64,000 nt of DNA from Patescibacteria group bacterium (GTDB taxonomy: Bacteria > Patescibacteriota > Patescibacteriia > Buchananbacterales > UBA6539): positions 1,920 through 65,919 of the forward strand of contig JBAZMQ010000002.1 in NCBI GenBank assembly GCA_041649675.1. Reading direction: 5' to 3'. The notes beneath the pieces were generated by a model. That model had not been told where the DNA came from. It did not search any database and saw only the letters and a program-made list of their open reading frames with translations. Below, in pieces: positions 10,183 through 21,789 of this stretch (position 1 is the stretch's first letter; each line of letters begins with the position of its first letter). Both the position numbers and the translations under genes were made by a program.

Positions 10183-11373
10183 TTACTTAAGAATTTTTGC
10201 AACCACACCAGCACCAACAGTTCGACCGCCTTCGCGAATGGCGAATTTCTGTTTTTCTTCTAAAGCGATTGGTTTAATCAAAACAATCTTTAGCTTTAAA
10301 GTATCACCCGGCATCACCATTTCCGTACCTTCTGGTAAAATTACTTCACCGGTAACATCAGTTGTTCCAATATAGAATTGTGGTTTATAACCTTTAAAGA
10401 ATGGACTATGGCGTCCGCCTTCTTCCTTGGTCAAGATGTAGGTTTCGCCTTCAAATTCGGTATGTGGGGTAATGCTGCCTGGTTTAGCTAAAACCTGACC
10501 GCGTTCCACGTCTTCTTTCTTAGTACCGCGAAGCAAGATGCCAGCGTTATCACCAGCGCGACCTTCATCCAAAGACTTGTTAAACATTTCAATACCAGTG
10601 GCAACCGTCTTGGCAATTGGTCGTAAACCGACCAATTCCACTTCGTCGTTTAATTTGATGATACCTCTTTCAATTCTACCAGTAACTACGGTACCACGAC
10701 CTTCAATGGAAAAAATATCTTCAATCGGCATCAAGAAAGGTTTGTCGATTGCCCGAGCCGGTTCCGGAATATAATCATCAACGGCTTTCATCAATTCTTC
10801 CATGCACTTAGTCGCTTCAGGATCATTTGGATTCTCCAAAGCTTTTAAAGCTGAGCCGCGGACAACCGGAATTTGGTCGCCTGGAAATTTATATTTCTTC
10901 AATAAATCTCGGACTTCTTCTTCAACCAAATCAATCAATTCAGGATCTTTAACCTGATCAACTTTATTTAAGAAAACCACAATGGCTGGCACACCAACCT
11001 GATAAGCCAATAAAATATGCTCTCGGGTTTGAGGCATTGGACCATCAGTGGCAGCCACAACCAAAATTGCACCATCCATTTGAGCCGCACCTGTTACCAT
11101 GTTTTTGACATAGTCAGCATGGCCCGGACAGTCAATGTGGGCATAATGTCTTTTAGCGGTTTCGTATTCAACATGAGCGGTAGCAATTGTAATACCACGC
11201 TCTTTTTCTTCTGGAGCGTTATCAATTTGGTCAACTGATTTGTGTTGAGCGGAAAAACCTTTGGCGGCCAAATAATTCAAAATTGCCGCAGTTAAGGTAG
11301 TTTTACCATGGTCAACGTGACCAATTGTACCGATATTAAGGTGAGGCTTTGTACGTTCAAATTTCTCTGCCAT
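10183..11373 (-). CDS. tuf: Elongation factor Tu
   Basis: [22 protein letters not shown] motifs; 396 aa. Confidence 0.97.
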   Translation of the reverse strand: MAEKFERTKPHLNIGTIGHVDHGKTTLTAAILNYLAAKGFSAQHKSVDQIDNAPEEKERGITIATAHVEYETAKRHYAHIDCPGHADYVKNMVTGAAQMDGAILVVAATDGPMPQTREHILLAYQVGVPAIVVFLNKVDQVKDPELIDLVEEEVRDLLKKYKFPGDQIPVVRGSALKALENPNDPEATKCMEELMKAVDDYIPEPARAIDKPFLMPIEDIFSIEGRGTVVTGRIERGIIKLNDEVELVGLRPIAKTVATGIEMFNKSLDEGRAGDNAGILLRGTKKEDVERGQVLAKPGSITPHTEFEGETYILTKEEGGRHSPFFKGYKPQFYIGTTDVTGEVILPEGTEMVMPGDTLKLKIVLIKPIALEEKQKFAIREGGRTVGAGVVAKILK

Positions 11374-11497
11374 AATATTATTTTTCCTTCATAGCGATCT
11401 TTTGTGAGCCAGTTTTACGAAGGATAGTAAAACGGATCGCAATTAGTATTTATTAATTAAAATGTCTTATTTATTAATTTTAATAAAGCACTTTTGA

Positions 11498-11526
11498 GTA
11501 TATAACAATATACCTAAAGTTGTCAA
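11498..11526 (-). promoter_or_regulatory. sigma70-like promoter upstream of tuf (TTGACA ... TATATA)
   Basis: Minus strand TTGACA-N16-TATATA; -35 overlaps an 18-bp inverted repeat at 11524-11545 / 11612-11635. Confidence 0.45.
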
Positions 11527-11637
11527 CCCCGCTCCTATTTTACTGATTATTGTTCAATTTTATTGAATTTTTTTAATTCAACTCAGGAACTTTAAACTGT
11601 AGAAAAATGGATAAGTAAAATAGGAGCAGGGTCAATG

Positions 11638-12015
11638 TTAGTCAATTGGCTCAAAATAATATTTCTGTTCTGATTCCCCGGGATTTTGGCTACTTTTGGC
11701 CTGATTAAGCGTTTTTTCTTCTTGTTTTGCCACTAATTTTGGCTTGATAATTTCCGCCATTGCGCTTTCAAGAGCCTGCCAATTATTCAGTTTCTCTTCT
11801 TGGGCCGTAGCTTTCCAATTAGCCACATCCCGGTTGATCTTTTCCAGCAACTGCTCTTCAGACAAACCCACCACTTCATTCTTGCCTGAAACCAAATTCT
11901 GATAGGCTGAAAACGTAGTCACCACATAAGCCGGCTGCCCGGTTGAATCCAAAACAATACAATTATCACCGGTTTTTTTGATTAAATCAATGATTTTTTC
12001 TAAATTATTGGGCAT
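11638..12015 (-). CDS. Hypothetical 125-aa protein inserted between fusA and tuf
   Basis: ATG-initiated ORF with no recognisable domain. Not part of the canonical str operon. Confidence 0.4.
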   Translation of the reverse strand: MPNNLEKIIDLIKKTGDNCIVLDSTGQPAYVVTTFSAYQNLVSGKNEVVGLSEEQLLEKINRDVANWKATAQEEKLNNWQALESAMAEIIKPKLVAKQEEKTLNQAKSSQNPGESEQKYYFEPID

Positions 12016-12088
12016 AGTCTTTTATCTTACTCCCGTCCGGCCAAACTTGGCAAGAACGACCAATTCTGGCCTGCCCCTCCTAAAAATA

Positions 12089-14194
12089 TTATTTCTTTTT
12101 ATCTTTTCCGGTTTTGATTTGCTCGGCAACATTATTTGGCACCTCAGAATAACTATCAAATTCCATATTGTATGAAGCTCGGCCTTGAGTCATTGACCGC
12201 AGTTCAGTAGCATAACCAAACATTTCCGCTAATGGTACTTTTGCTTCAATCACTTTAATTTGACCGCGATCGCGCATTTCTTCAATTTGACCGCGCTTGG
12301 AATTCAAATTACCAATCACATCACCCATGAAATTTTCCGGAGTAATAACTTCAACTTTCATTAAAGGCTCTAAAATAACCGGATTGGCGCGCCGAATTGC
12401 TTCCTGAACTGCCATTGACCCAGCAATTTTAAAGGCCGCTTCTGAAGAGTCAACTTCATGAAATGACCCATCATAAACCGTAGCGGAAACGTCAATCACT
12501 GGATAACCAGCAATTACACCTTTATCTAAAGCTTCTTTAACGCCTTTTTGAATGGCGGGAATATATTCCCGCGGAATAAGTCCACCCTTGATATCATCAA
12601 CAAATTCAAAACCTTCACCGCGACTTCTCGGCTCAACTCTTAGCCAACAATGACCATACTGACCACGACCGCCTGATTGACGAATATATTTACCTTCAGC
12701 TTCGGCTTTGCCTTTGATTGTTTCTTTATAGGCAACCTGCGGCCGGCCAACGTTAGCTTCAACTTTAAATTCCCGCTTCATGCGGTCAACAATGACTTCC
12801 AAATGTAATTCACCCATACCGCCAATAAGAGTCTGCATCGTTTCTTCATCAGATCTAACCTTGAAAGTTGGATCTTCTTCAGCCAACTTTGATAAAGCAA
12901 TACCCATTTTTTCCTGGTCTTGCTTGGTTTTTGGTTCAATGGCGACGTAAATAACCGGTTCAGGAAATACAATTGATTCCAAAACAATCGGATGCTCAGG
13001 GTCACAAAGAGTATGACTAGTAAAAGTATTTTTTAAACCAACCGCGGCGGCAATTTCTCCAGCAAATACTTCTTTGACTTCCTCACGATTATTAGCATGC
13101 ATTCTCACAATCCGACCTAAGCGTTCTCTTTCGCCAGTCGTTGAATTCATAATATAAGAGCCGGCACCAACCGTACCCGAATAAACCCGGAAAAAACATA
13201 GTTTACCAACAAATGGATCAGCTGCAATTTTAAAAGCTAAACCGCAAAACGGTTCACTGTCATCAGCCTTACGAACTTCTTCAACTTCCGGCTGACGAGG
13301 ATTAAAACCCCTAACCGGTGGAATATCCAAAGGATTTGGCAAATAATCACAAATAGCATCTAGCAATAACTGAACGCCTTTATTTTTTAAAGCCGAGCCA
13401 ACCAAAATCGGCATGATTTCATTGGCAATAACTGCTTTACGTAATGTTTGATTCAATTCTTTTAAGCCAATGGTTTTACCTTCCAAATATTGATTCAATA
13501 AATTTTCATCGTGGGCAACAATCGCTTCAATTAACTCATGACGATATTTTGCCGCTTTCTCTTTCAAGTCAGCTGGAATTTCAGTCTCAGTATAATCTTT
13601 ACCTTGTTCATCATGATAAATCCAAGCTTTTTCAGTCAATAAATTAATTACGCCCAAAAAATTACTTTCGGCGCCAATCGGCAATTGAATCGGATAAGCA
13701 TTTTTAGTTAGCCTTTCGCGAATGCTGTCTAAGTCATTATAAAAATCCGCCCCCGTGCGGTCCATTTTATTAACAAAACCAATTAGCGGCACTTTAAATT
13801 TTTCGGCTTGATGATAAACTGTTTCTGATTGCGGTTCAACTCCGGCCACGCCATCAAAGACTACAACGCCGCCGTCCAAAACGCGAAGCGATCTTTGGAC
13901 TTCAACGGTAAAATCAATATGGCCTGGCGTATCAATCAAGTTAATCCGACATTTTTCGGCTTCATCGCCTCTAGGCGCCCAAAAACAAGTCGTCGCCGCC
14001 GAAGTGATGGTAATGCCTCGTTCTTTTTCTTGTTCCATCCAGTCCATTTCCGCTGCGCCTTCGTGGACCTCACCGATTTTATGTTTTTTTCCGGTGTAAA
14101 ATAAAATACGCTCGGATACTGTTGTTTTACCGGCGTCAATATGGGCAATAATCCCTATATTTCTGGTTTTTTCTAAAGAATATTCTCGGGGCAT
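12089..14194 (-). CDS. fusA: Elongation factor G
   Basis: AHIDAGKTT and DTPGHIDF motifs; 701 aa. Confidence 0.97.
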   Translation of the reverse strand: MPREYSLEKTRNIGIIAHIDAGKTTVSERILFYTGKKHKIGEVHEGAAEMDWMEQEKERGITITSAATTCFWAPRGDEAEKCRINLIDTPGHIDFTVEVQRSLRVLDGGVVVFDGVAGVEPQSETVYHQAEKFKVPLIGFVNKMDRTGADFYNDLDSIRERLTKNAYPIQLPIGAESNFLGVINLLTEKAWIYHDEQGKDYTETEIPADLKEKAAKYRHELIEAIVAHDENLLNQYLEGKTIGLKELNQTLRKAVIANEIMPILVGSALKNKGVQLLLDAICDYLPNPLDIPPVRGFNPRQPEVEEVRKADDSEPFCGLAFKIAADPFVGKLCFFRVYSGTVGAGSYIMNSTTGERERLGRIVRMHANNREEVKEVFAGEIAAAVGLKNTFTSHTLCDPEHPIVLESIVFPEPVIYVAIEPKTKQDQEKMGIALSKLAEEDPTFKVRSDEETMQTLIGGMGELHLEVIVDRMKREFKVEANVGRPQVAYKETIKGKAEAEGKYIRQSGGRGQYGHCWLRVEPRSRGEGFEFVDDIKGGLIPREYIPAIQKGVKEALDKGVIAGYPVIDVSATVYDGSFHEVDSSEAAFKIAGSMAVQEAIRRANPVILEPLMKVEVITPENFMGDVIGNLNSKRGQIEEMRDRGQIKVIEAKVPLAEMFGYATELRSMTQGRASYNMEFDSYSEVPNNVAEQIKTGKDKKK

Positions 14195-14282
14195 GATTTT
14201 AACAATTAACTATTAACAATTAACTATTAAAATTTAACAACTTCCCTGGATAAGTTAATTGTTAAATGTTAACGGTTAACTG

Positions 14283-14768
14283 TTACCTGATAAAGTGAGC
14301 AAAAGCCCGATTGGCTTCAGCCATCTTGTAAGTATCTTGACGTTTCTTGATTGCCGCACCTTCTTTATTGGCAGCGGCAATTAATTCATCAGCTAATTTT
14401 TCGCTCATTGGAGCGCCTTTTCTAGCTTTAGAAGCGGCAATTAACCAACGATAAGCCAGGGTTACTCGTCTTTCGCCCATTACCGGCACCGGCACTTGAT
14501 AGTTACCGCCGCCAATCCGGCGGGACTTAACTTCAACTTCCGGACCAACATTTCTCATAGCGGTATCAAAAATTTCTAACGGATCTTTTTTAGTTTTTTC
14601 TTTAATAATTTCAAAACAATTATAAACAACTTTTTGAGCGGTGGATTTTTTACCACGCCGCATCATGTGATTGATTAATTTACTAATATTAACACTGTGA
14701 TATTTTACATCGGAATAATTTTTCGTTTTGGAGTTTTTCCGCGCATATCCGGTAGTGATTCCCCCCAC
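14283..14768 (-). CDS. rpsG: 30S ribosomal protein S7
   Basis: S7-like sequence; str operon order. Confidence 0.92.
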   Translation of the reverse strand: MGGITTGYARKNSKTKNYSDVKYHSVNISKLINHMMRRGKKSTAQKVVYNCFEIIKEKTKKDPLEIFDTAMRNVGPEVEVKSRRIGGGNYQVPVPVMGERRVTLAYRWLIAASKARKGAPMSEKLADELIAAANKEGAAIKKRQDTYKMAEANRAFAHFIR

Positions 14769-14887
14769 TATTTCTGCGGTGGGGAAATTAAATTTTTAAT
14801 AATTAATAATATTTAGATTGCCCTGGTAGTATCTCTGGCAAAAACGGGAAAACTGCTACCGGACATAAAAATTTAAAATTTAGTTAA

Positions 14888-15316
14888 CTATTTTTTTGAT
14901 TCAGCAACATATTTAGCACCATAAAGACTGCGGCCTTGTTTTCTGGCAGTGACTCCAGACGCATCATAAACACCGCGAACAATATGATAACGAACACCTG
15001 GCAAATCTTTAACCCGGCCGCCACGTAACAAAACGACGGAGTGTTCTTGCAAATTATGGCCTTCACCAGGAATATAAGCCGTTACTTCCATGCCATTAGA
15101 CAATCTGACCCTAGCGATTTTCCGTAAAGCTGAGTTTGGTTTTTTTGGGGTGGTGGTTGTAACTTTAACACAAACTCCCCGCTTAAAACCAGCCCCTTTG
15201 GGGTTATCTTTCTTGGTTCGTCTTAAGGTATTAGCAACCAACCGCAAAGCTGGAGTTTTGCTCTTTTTTCCTTTAGATTTACGGCTTTTCTTAATTAATT
15301 GGTTGATTGTTGGCAT
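14888..15316 (-). CDS. rpsL: 30S ribosomal protein S12
   Basis: N-terminus PTINQLIKK...KSKTPALR. Confidence 0.93.
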   Translation of the reverse strand: MPTINQLIKKSRKSKGKKSKTPALRLVANTLRRTKKDNPKGAGFKRGVCVKVTTTTPKKPNSALRKIARVRLSNGMEVTAYIPGEGHNLQEHSVVLLRGGRVKDLPGVRYHIVRGVYDASGVTARKQGRSLYGAKYVAESKK

Positions 15317-15421
15317 AATTCTTGGTTCTTTTTCCTGAAATTAGGTCTTAAAAACCTGCCCTAAAGGCAGATAAACATAAAGCAATATTAACTAATAATT
15401 TTATAGAAGTCAAGGGCCTGG

Positions 15422-16075
15422 CTAAATACCAAAAAATCTGGCAAACAAATTAAAAATAAAATAAAGGATTGATTCAATTAATGGCATGAACAAAAATAAG
15501 ATCAAAATTGACAAAAAAAGGCCATATTGAGCCATAAATAAAGGATTGCCCAAAGGTGACTTGGCAATTAATTCAGTCACTGGCCTAAAGGTGGTTAGAA
15601 AGTTAAAACCATCAAAACCCGGCAATGGCAAAGCATTAAAAATTGCCAAAACCAAATTAATTTGGAATAGGGCGGTAAATAGAATTACCCCCAGATTATT
15701 CACTGTTATCCCTAAATACTGAGTAGTTATCTTTAAAACTAAAACAGAAAATACGGCAATAACAAAATTAGTCATAACACCAGCCAATGATACCCAGCGA
15801 AAAGCCGCCGCTCCGCCCCGTAAGCGATAAGGGTTGACTGGCACTGGTTTTGCCCAACCAAACATAAATCCGGATTGTGATATATACAAAAGCAGTGGCA
15901 CTAAAATTGAGCCGATCGGATCAATATGAACCAATGGATTAAGTGATAATCGGCCCGAAATTCTGGCTGTATCATCACCAAAATGGTTAGCTACCCAGCC
16001 ATGAGCGATCTCATGTAAAATCACCGAATAAAGAAAGGCAACAATAAAAATTAAAATACTAATTCCTTGAAGCAT
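15422..16075 (-). CDS. Peptidase M50 family (site-2-protease-like) membrane metalloprotease
   Basis: HEIAHGW zinc motif plus NALPLPGFDGF second motif; multiple TM segments. Confidence 0.7.
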   Translation of the reverse strand: MLQGISILIFIVAFLYSVILHEIAHGWVANHFGDDTARISGRLSLNPLVHIDPIGSILVPLLLYISQSGFMFGWAKPVPVNPYRLRGGAAAFRWVSLAGVMTNFVIAVFSVLVLKITTQYLGITVNNLGVILFTALFQINLVLAIFNALPLPGFDGFNFLTTFRPVTELIAKSPLGNPLFMAQYGLFLSILILFLFMPLIESILYFIFNLFARFFGI

Positions 16076-16278
16076 ATTGACATAATAGCATAAGGGCTTG
16101 ATTTTTTACAGCCGCTCTGATATACTGGCTACATTGTTAAAATTTAAACTCTAAATACAAAATCCTAAATTTTAAACAAATCTTAAGCCATAAACTACAA
16201 ACTGGTTTGAAAATTGGAATTTAGAATTTGCGATTTGTTTAGAATTTAAATATTAGAATTTATAATTTATTTACTATT

Positions 16279-16470
16279 ATGCCTAGCTGTGCTATTTGTG
16301 CTCGGTTGCCGCTCAAAGGTCATGCCGTCAGTCATTCCAACATCAAAGTAATCAAACGGCAAAAACTGAATCTGCAAACCAAAACAATTTGTGGTAAAAA
16401 ATTGAAAGTTTGTACCAGCTGTTTAAAGACTTTAGCGAAACCCGCCCTCAAAAATAAAAAAACTAAGTAA
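16279..16470 (+). CDS. rpmB: 50S ribosomal protein L28
   Basis: 63 aa with C.IC...GHAVSHSNIKVIKRQKLNLQ pattern typical of bL28; one of only two plus-strand genes. Confidence 0.75.
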   Translation: MPSCAICARLPLKGHAVSHSNIKVIKRQKLNLQTKTICGKKLKVCTSCLKTLAKPALKNKKTK

Positions 16471-16546
16471 CCTTCTGTAAGCTATCAGCTAAAAGCTATA
16501 AGCTAACTTGTTACTTAGTTTTTTTATTAAAAAATTTTTGACATAA

Positions 16547-17497
16547 TTAACGAATGACTGAAATCTCTTCACTGTTTTCCGCATGACAGGCAAAAACTTT
16601 TACTCCCCCGTTGGCCAGCTGCTGGATAGCATAATAGGAATTTTGGACTGTGCCATCCTTAGGATCCATGGGCATTTCTTTAAAATATTGATCAATTAAA
16701 GAAGTGCCCAAATCCAAACAAGCATCGCTGGTTTTTCCCGGCACACCGACTTTTATAAAATAATCGCCATTATCCCTAGTCCAACCAGCATGAGAGCCAT
16801 CTCCATTACTATCAGTCCGAAATTCCGGATAAGGTCCGGCTGGACCGCTTTCATCCATCAAAAACCTGACTGTGCCTGATCCAGTATATTTTAATAGCTG
16901 AACATAAAATGAATTGCCTAAAGTACTTTTGGCAATTGAATAAGTTTGAGTGTACCAACTGTAATTAGTCGTAGTGCCATCAGTCCGAATTTGGGCAGCA
17001 TTAACAAAATCATAATCAGTATATGACAAAGCATTACCAATTCTAACTTTAACTGGGCTATTACAATTGCCATCGCAATCCAAAACTATTGAAACCGTTA
17101 GCGAAGAAAAATCCGCTAAGCCAGAAATATCAAACCAAGAACGGACGGCATAGACATTATTGGAATAATAATTCAAAACTTCATTAGGATTATAATAAAT
17201 AATGTCGGAACTGGAACCACAGTCAGTCGTACAGCCGCTTGAGGCCGTACCAATCATTTGCAAATTCGAAGTTAAACCAGCCGGACTGCTGCCCCGATGG
17301 TCAACTTGATATTGTTTGACCGCTGAACCAATACTACTCGCCTCTAACCAGCGCCGGGCATTGCTGGTTTGAGAAAAATTTTTAACCGGGTTGGTAGCAA
17401 CAAAAACAATAACAGCCAAAATTGCAATAATTCCAACTACTATCATTAGTTCAATTAAAGTCAACCCGGAATTTTTTAAAAATTTTATTCTTTTCAT
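16547..17497 (-). CDS. Type IV prepilin-like protein with large Cys-containing C-terminal domain
   Basis: N-terminal class III signal KNSG|LTLIELMIVVGIIAIL (prepilin peptidase site + hydrophobic helix); 316 aa. Confidence 0.7.
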   Translation of the reverse strand: MKRIKFLKNSGLTLIELMIVVGIIAILAVIVFVATNPVKNFSQTSNARRWLEASSIGSAVKQYQVDHRGSSPAGLTSNLQMIGTASSGCTTDCGSSSDIIYYNPNEVLNYYSNNVYAVRSWFDISGLADFSSLTVSIVLDCDGNCNSPVKVRIGNALSYTDYDFVNAAQIRTDGTTTNYSWYTQTYSIAKSTLGNSFYVQLLKYTGSGTVRFLMDESGPAGPYPEFRTDSNGDGSHAGWTRDNGDYFIKVGVPGKTSDACLDLGTSLIDQYFKEMPMDPKDGTVQNSYYAIQQLANGGVKVFACHAENSEEISVIR

Positions 17498-17672
17498 CGG
17501 ACTGAAATTATTATTTATTTATATTGATATTGTAGTATGATGGTGTCCAGCGCATTGCTTCAAAAAGTGAATTAATTTTCCCACGACTCAATTGATTGGG
17601 CCGAAAAAACCACTGGACTCCAGCGCTTTTTCAGCAATTCATCAATCTTACTTATACTCTGCTGGCGCTGGA

Positions 17673-18026
17673 TTATGAGGGTAACTGATTTTTTTCATAT
17701 TTCTTGAAATAATAATATTGGATCAAAAATAATACCCCGATTACTGCTGGGGGTAAAACTACCGGCCAAGAAATTAGATTAAAATTTACCCAAAAAGCCA
17801 AGGCCACAGCCGCAAAAATAAAAAGCCAACCACCCCAAAACGGTTTTTTCCAAGCCAAGATTGTAATAGCCAACAAAATAAAATCAGGGATTAAATGAAT
17901 CAAAAATGCGACCAATAACCTATACCAAGAATCAGAAATGGAAAAAACATCTAGGGCAAAAAGGCCAAGAAATAAAATAAAACAAATTGCTAACCCTCGC
18001 GGGAACCAAAAAATGAATTTTTTCAT
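17673..18026 (-). CDS. Small polytopic membrane protein, hypothetical
   Basis: Three or four hydrophobic helices; no recognisable domain. Confidence 0.4.
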   Translation of the reverse strand: MKKFIFWFPRGLAICFILFLGLFALDVFSISDSWYRLLVAFLIHLIPDFILLAITILAWKKPFWGGWLFIFAAVALAFWVNFNLISWPVVLPPAVIGVLFLIQYYYFKKYEKNQLPS

Positions 18027-18120
18027 ACCAGTTTTATTTATTATTAATATTTTACCTAATTAAATTATACCAAAAATTACTAAATATAGCGATCAAGCAG
18101 CTTCTGACTAAATATTTGCT

Positions 18121-18160
18121 TACAAAAAAACAGCCCCAATTTTTTGGAGCTGTTTTTCTA
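18121..18160 (-). terminator. Intrinsic terminator downstream of 1097-aa surface protein gene
   Basis: Minus strand CAGCTCC-AAAAAATT-GGGGCTG followed by T7. Confidence 0.55.
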
Positions 18161-18170
18161 TAGAAACTGA

Positions 18171-21100
18171 TTATTGACCCATTTTTTCCAGGTAGGCTCT
18201 GGTAATTTTACCAAAGTAACCAAGAGCCGGTTTTATACCAACACTCTTTTGGAATTCCGCTAAAGCATTTCTAGTGTAGGGACCAAACCAGCCAGTTGAA
18301 CCAATTCTGCCTAGAGCTAAAGCCGCTTTGCCGGCATTATTACTGATCAAGAAATCCTGAAGTGCCTTAACGTCTTCACCGCTGCGACCAAAGAATAAAT
18401 CCCGAGTATAGTTATAAATTTGTACACCTAAAACTTGCGGATTTAATTCATTCAGCCCAGCTGGTGCGGTAATGCCAGTGCCAGTCAAATTGATTGTAGC
18501 GTAAATCATTGGTGAAGGTAATCCATATTGATTGAAGAATTTAACATAAACTACTTTTACCCCATCACCTTCAGTCAATGTCCAGGCTGGATTAGTCACA
18601 TTAGTAACATAATCTATCTGATCAGCGTCAGTAAAATCAGGAATGTTGGAAATTGATACTTTAGTTGCATCATAACCACCGAATAAACTTAGAGTCACTT
18701 CCCTGTTGTCAGTTGAGGCAGCACCATTATTAATTCTGACTGATAAACCTTCACCTGGGATGATAAAATTATGAGTCAGATAAGCCCCACCAGCACCAGT
18801 ACCACCGCCGCCGCCGCCAGCTGGTGGGGTTGGCGGAATAGAAGCAGCACTAACATTAACCGTACGGCTAACTTCCAAAGCTGGATTGCCAACTTTATCA
18901 GAAACATTGTACTTAATCGTGTAAGTTCCAACTGTAGCTGTATCAACTGTACCGGTTGTAACAATGTCTGATGTAATATCGCCGGCAATATCATCGGTTG
19001 CGGTGGCGCCGGCATCAGTATAAGTATCACCGACCGTTAAATTAACAACTGCTGATCCAGCTAAAGTAATGACCGGTGCTGTTAAATCAGGGGTGATACT
19101 AATCCAAGTGGCTGAAGCGTCAAAACCATTACCGGCATTATCCTCAATGGAAACATTTATTCCGACTGAAGCCGAAGTATCAATATCAGTGAAAATACAT
19201 TTTTGACTAATACTATCAAAGGCAGTTGGTACATTTACCCAGCCCATCCCACCGTTAATTGAATAACGGCAGCTACTGGTATTAAGGCCGGAACCGCCGG
19301 TATCAGAAACATCGGCCGAAATTGTTGACTTAGCGCCAACGTATTTAGTGCCACCAATATCATACAATGGCGTAATTACAAAATTAGAAACTACCGGTGG
19401 AATAATATCGGTTGAGACTATAATGGATCTGTTTTCAATCACAGTGCTGCCGTTGGAATCGGTTACAGTATAAGTTACATTATAAAAACCAGCTACTGTC
19501 GTATTAACCGTGGAACTATCAATGACAATACTACTGGTTAAATCGCCATCAACATCATCCAAAGCCGTAGCGCCAGCTTCAACGTAAGCATCATTTAGCA
19601 TAATGGCTTGAGGATTAGAACCAAGCAAAGTAATAACTGGTGGCAGATCTTGAACCTTAACCGTTCTGGTTACTTGAGTGGCAGCGCTGCCATTAGTATC
19701 AGTTACATCATAAGTGATTACATAAGTACCCACTACGGCTGTATTAACCGGATTAACAGTAACAATGGCTGAAGTCAAATCGCCATCAACATCATCCAAA
19801 GCCGTAGCGCCGGCATCAGTATAAGTTTGATTTCTATTAATAGTGACTGGATCAGTGCCCAAGAGCGTAATAACTGGTGGCAAATCCTGAACATTGACTA
19901 TCCGGGCAGCACTGGCCGTATTACCGCTTAAATCAGCTACTTTATAAGTTACAGTGTAAGAACCAGCTACCGCCGTATTAACCGCCGAACTATCAATGGT
20001 AATACTGCTAGTTAAATCGCCATCAACATCATCCAACGCTGTAGCGCCGGCTTCAACGTAAGGTTGGTTTCGGAGAATAGTTTGAGGATTGTCCCCGAGT
20101 AAAGTAATAACTGGAGCAGCAGCGTCGGAAACATTTACCGTCCGTAAAACCTGAACCGCATTATTACCGGCCGCATCAACTGCGTCATAAGTAATTACAT
20201 AAGAACCAACGGCGGCAGTATTAACGCTAACACCACCAATAGTTACGCTGTCAGTGCCATCAACCACATCAATGGCTGTAGCTCCGGCTTCAGTATAAGT
20301 ATCACCAACGTTTAAATTGATAACCGCAGCACCATTAAGAACAATTAATGGCGCGGTAGTATCTTGGACTGTAACAGTAAAGCTGGTTGGGGTGGCGGCA
20401 TTGCCCGCAGCATCGCTGGCATTACAGGTAACTGTGGTTACACCCAAAGGAAAGGTTGAGCCAGAGGCTGGAGCACAAGTGGCAACAAAAATGCCATCAA
20501 CTAAATCAACGGCATTAGGGGTAGTATAGCTGACATCAGTCCCACCAGCGCTGGCGGCTTCCACTAATAAATCAGAATGAGAATCAATAACTGGCACGGT
20601 AGTATCTTGGACTGTAACAGTAAAACTGGTTGGGGTTGCGGCATTGCCCGCAGCATCGCTGGCATTACAGGTAACTGTGGTTACACCCAAAGGAAAGGTT
20701 GAGCCAGAGGCTGGAACACAAGTCACCGGATCAGTGCCATCAATATCATCAGTGGCAGTTGGCGTTAAGTAAGCAACTGCGGCACCAGCAGCGCCGGTTG
20801 CTTCCACTGTCATATCGCTGGGTGTGCCAACAATAATCGGCGGTACAGTATCGGTAATAGTGTAATAAACTGTAATTTGAATATAATCAACTGATGCTGT
20901 TCTGTCTAAAAGAATACTTTGAGCATGGGCGGACAAAGCCACGCCAAAATCAGCAGCATTAATCTCTGCCGGAGTCCAAGTGGTACCCCATAAATCAGCA
21001 GCACCGCCATAGTTGGCTGATGCCATGGTAGTGGGCCAATCAGTTCCAGTCGCCTTATCATTTCCAACAATAACACCGCCTTTAAGTAAATGAAGGTCTT

Positions 21101-21464
21101 CGTCATTTATGCTATTACCAATTAAATTACTTGAGCTTTTTCTCATTATTGAGACTTGAATACCATTAATGGTTGCTCCGCTTGGAATAGCAAAACCATA
21201 ATTAGTGCTTTGTAGATACTCAGAATTGCTACCCGGTGTAAGCTCTACAGTAGCATAGCTAGTGTCATCGGCGATAACATTACCAGCATTTGTCCAAGCC
21301 TTAGTTCCAGGGCCATTGACATTGGCACCGGCTGCGGCATTATTAGGTCCGCTAGTGGCGGCTAAAGCTGGGATAGCTAAAACAAAAAAACCGCCTACCA
21401 AGCAGACCATTATTATGGCCGGCAAAGCAAGCGCTATTTGCTTTTGGCTTAGAATTTTTTTCAT
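18171..21464 (-). CDS. Large secreted surface protein: signal peptide, HYR-like repeats, DUF5011/Ig-like repeats, Gly-rich linker, C-terminal peptidoglycan-binding-like domain
   Basis: N-terminal signal/TM. Repeated CxPASGSTFPLGVTTVTCNASDAAGNAATPTSFTVTV (HYR-like). Four units of LLGxNPxTI...YxEAGATAxDDVDGDLTS (DUF5011-like). C-terminus GEDVKALQDFL...GWFGPYTRNALAEFQK (PG_binding_1-like). Confidence 0.7.
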   Translation of the reverse strand: MKKILSQKQIALALPAIIMVCLVGGFFVLAIPALAATSGPNNAAAGANVNGPGTKAWTNAGNVIADDTSYATVELTPGSNSEYLQSTNYGFAIPSGATINGIQVSIMRKSSSNLIGNSINDEDLHLLKGGVIVGNDKATGTDWPTTMASANYGGAADLWGTTWTPAEINAADFGVALSAHAQSILLDRTASVDYIQITVYYTITDTVPPIIVGTPSDMTVEATGAAGAAVAYLTPTATDDIDGTDPVTCVPASGSTFPLGVTTVTCNASDAAGNAATPTSFTVTVQDTTVPVIDSHSDLLVEAASAGGTDVSYTTPNAVDLVDGIFVATCAPASGSTFPLGVTTVTCNASDAAGNAATPTSFTVTVQDTTAPLIVLNGAAVINLNVGDTYTEAGATAIDVVDGTDSVTIGGVSVNTAAVGSYVITYDAVDAAGNNAVQVLRTVNVSDAAAPVITLLGDNPQTILRNQPYVEAGATALDDVDGDLTSSITIDSSAVNTAVAGSYTVTYKVADLSGNTASAARIVNVQDLPPVITLLGTDPVTINRNQTYTDAGATALDDVDGDLTSAIVTVNPVNTAVVGTYVITYDVTDTNGSAATQVTRTVKVQDLPPVITLLGSNPQAIMLNDAYVEAGATALDDVDGDLTSSIVIDSSTVNTTVAGFYNVTYTVTDSNGSTVIENRSIIVSTDIIPPVVSNFVITPLYDIGGTKYVGAKSTISADVSDTGGSGLNTSSCRYSINGGMGWVNVPTAFDSISQKCIFTDIDTSASVGINVSIEDNAGNGFDASATWISITPDLTAPVITLAGSAVVNLTVGDTYTDAGATATDDIAGDITSDIVTTGTVDTATVGTYTIKYNVSDKVGNPALEVSRTVNVSAASIPPTPPAGGGGGGTGAGGAYLTHNFIIPGEGLSVRINNGAASTDNREVTLSLFGGYDATKVSISNIPDFTDADQIDYVTNVTNPAWTLTEGDGVKVVYVKFFNQYGLPSPMIYATINLTGTGITAPAGLNELNPQVLGVQIYNYTRDLFFGRSGEDVKALQDFLISNNAGKAALALGRIGSTGWFGPYTRNALAEFQKSVGIKPALGYFGKITRAYLEKMGQ

Positions 21465-21789
21465 AAAATTTGATCAATTCATTAATTTTAATAAATATAT
21501 ATAATTCAATTGATTTCCGAGTCTTTAAGCTTAATGTTTTTTTAAAAAAATTGCAAGTCCTAGCCAAAAATAAACTGCTAAAATATTATAACATAGTTAA
21601 AGCCAGCATTAAATTAATTTTTTACCATAATTATCCAAAATTTATCCCCAGGTTATACAAAGACAAAAATAACCTTTCCCCTCTTTTAGCAGCCACTTTT
21701 TAATCTGCCTAAAACCTCTTAATTTTAAAAAAACAAAAACCAGTATCTAACTTATACCAGTCTCTGTTTTTATATAATCAATAAGCAAA

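Noticed and set aside
18171-21464. Diversity-generating retroelement target (near-identical repeats in a surface protein)
   Set aside because: Repeat mismatches are not adenine-specific. Both copies are in-frame domain repeats. No reverse transcriptase or template repeat is in the window.
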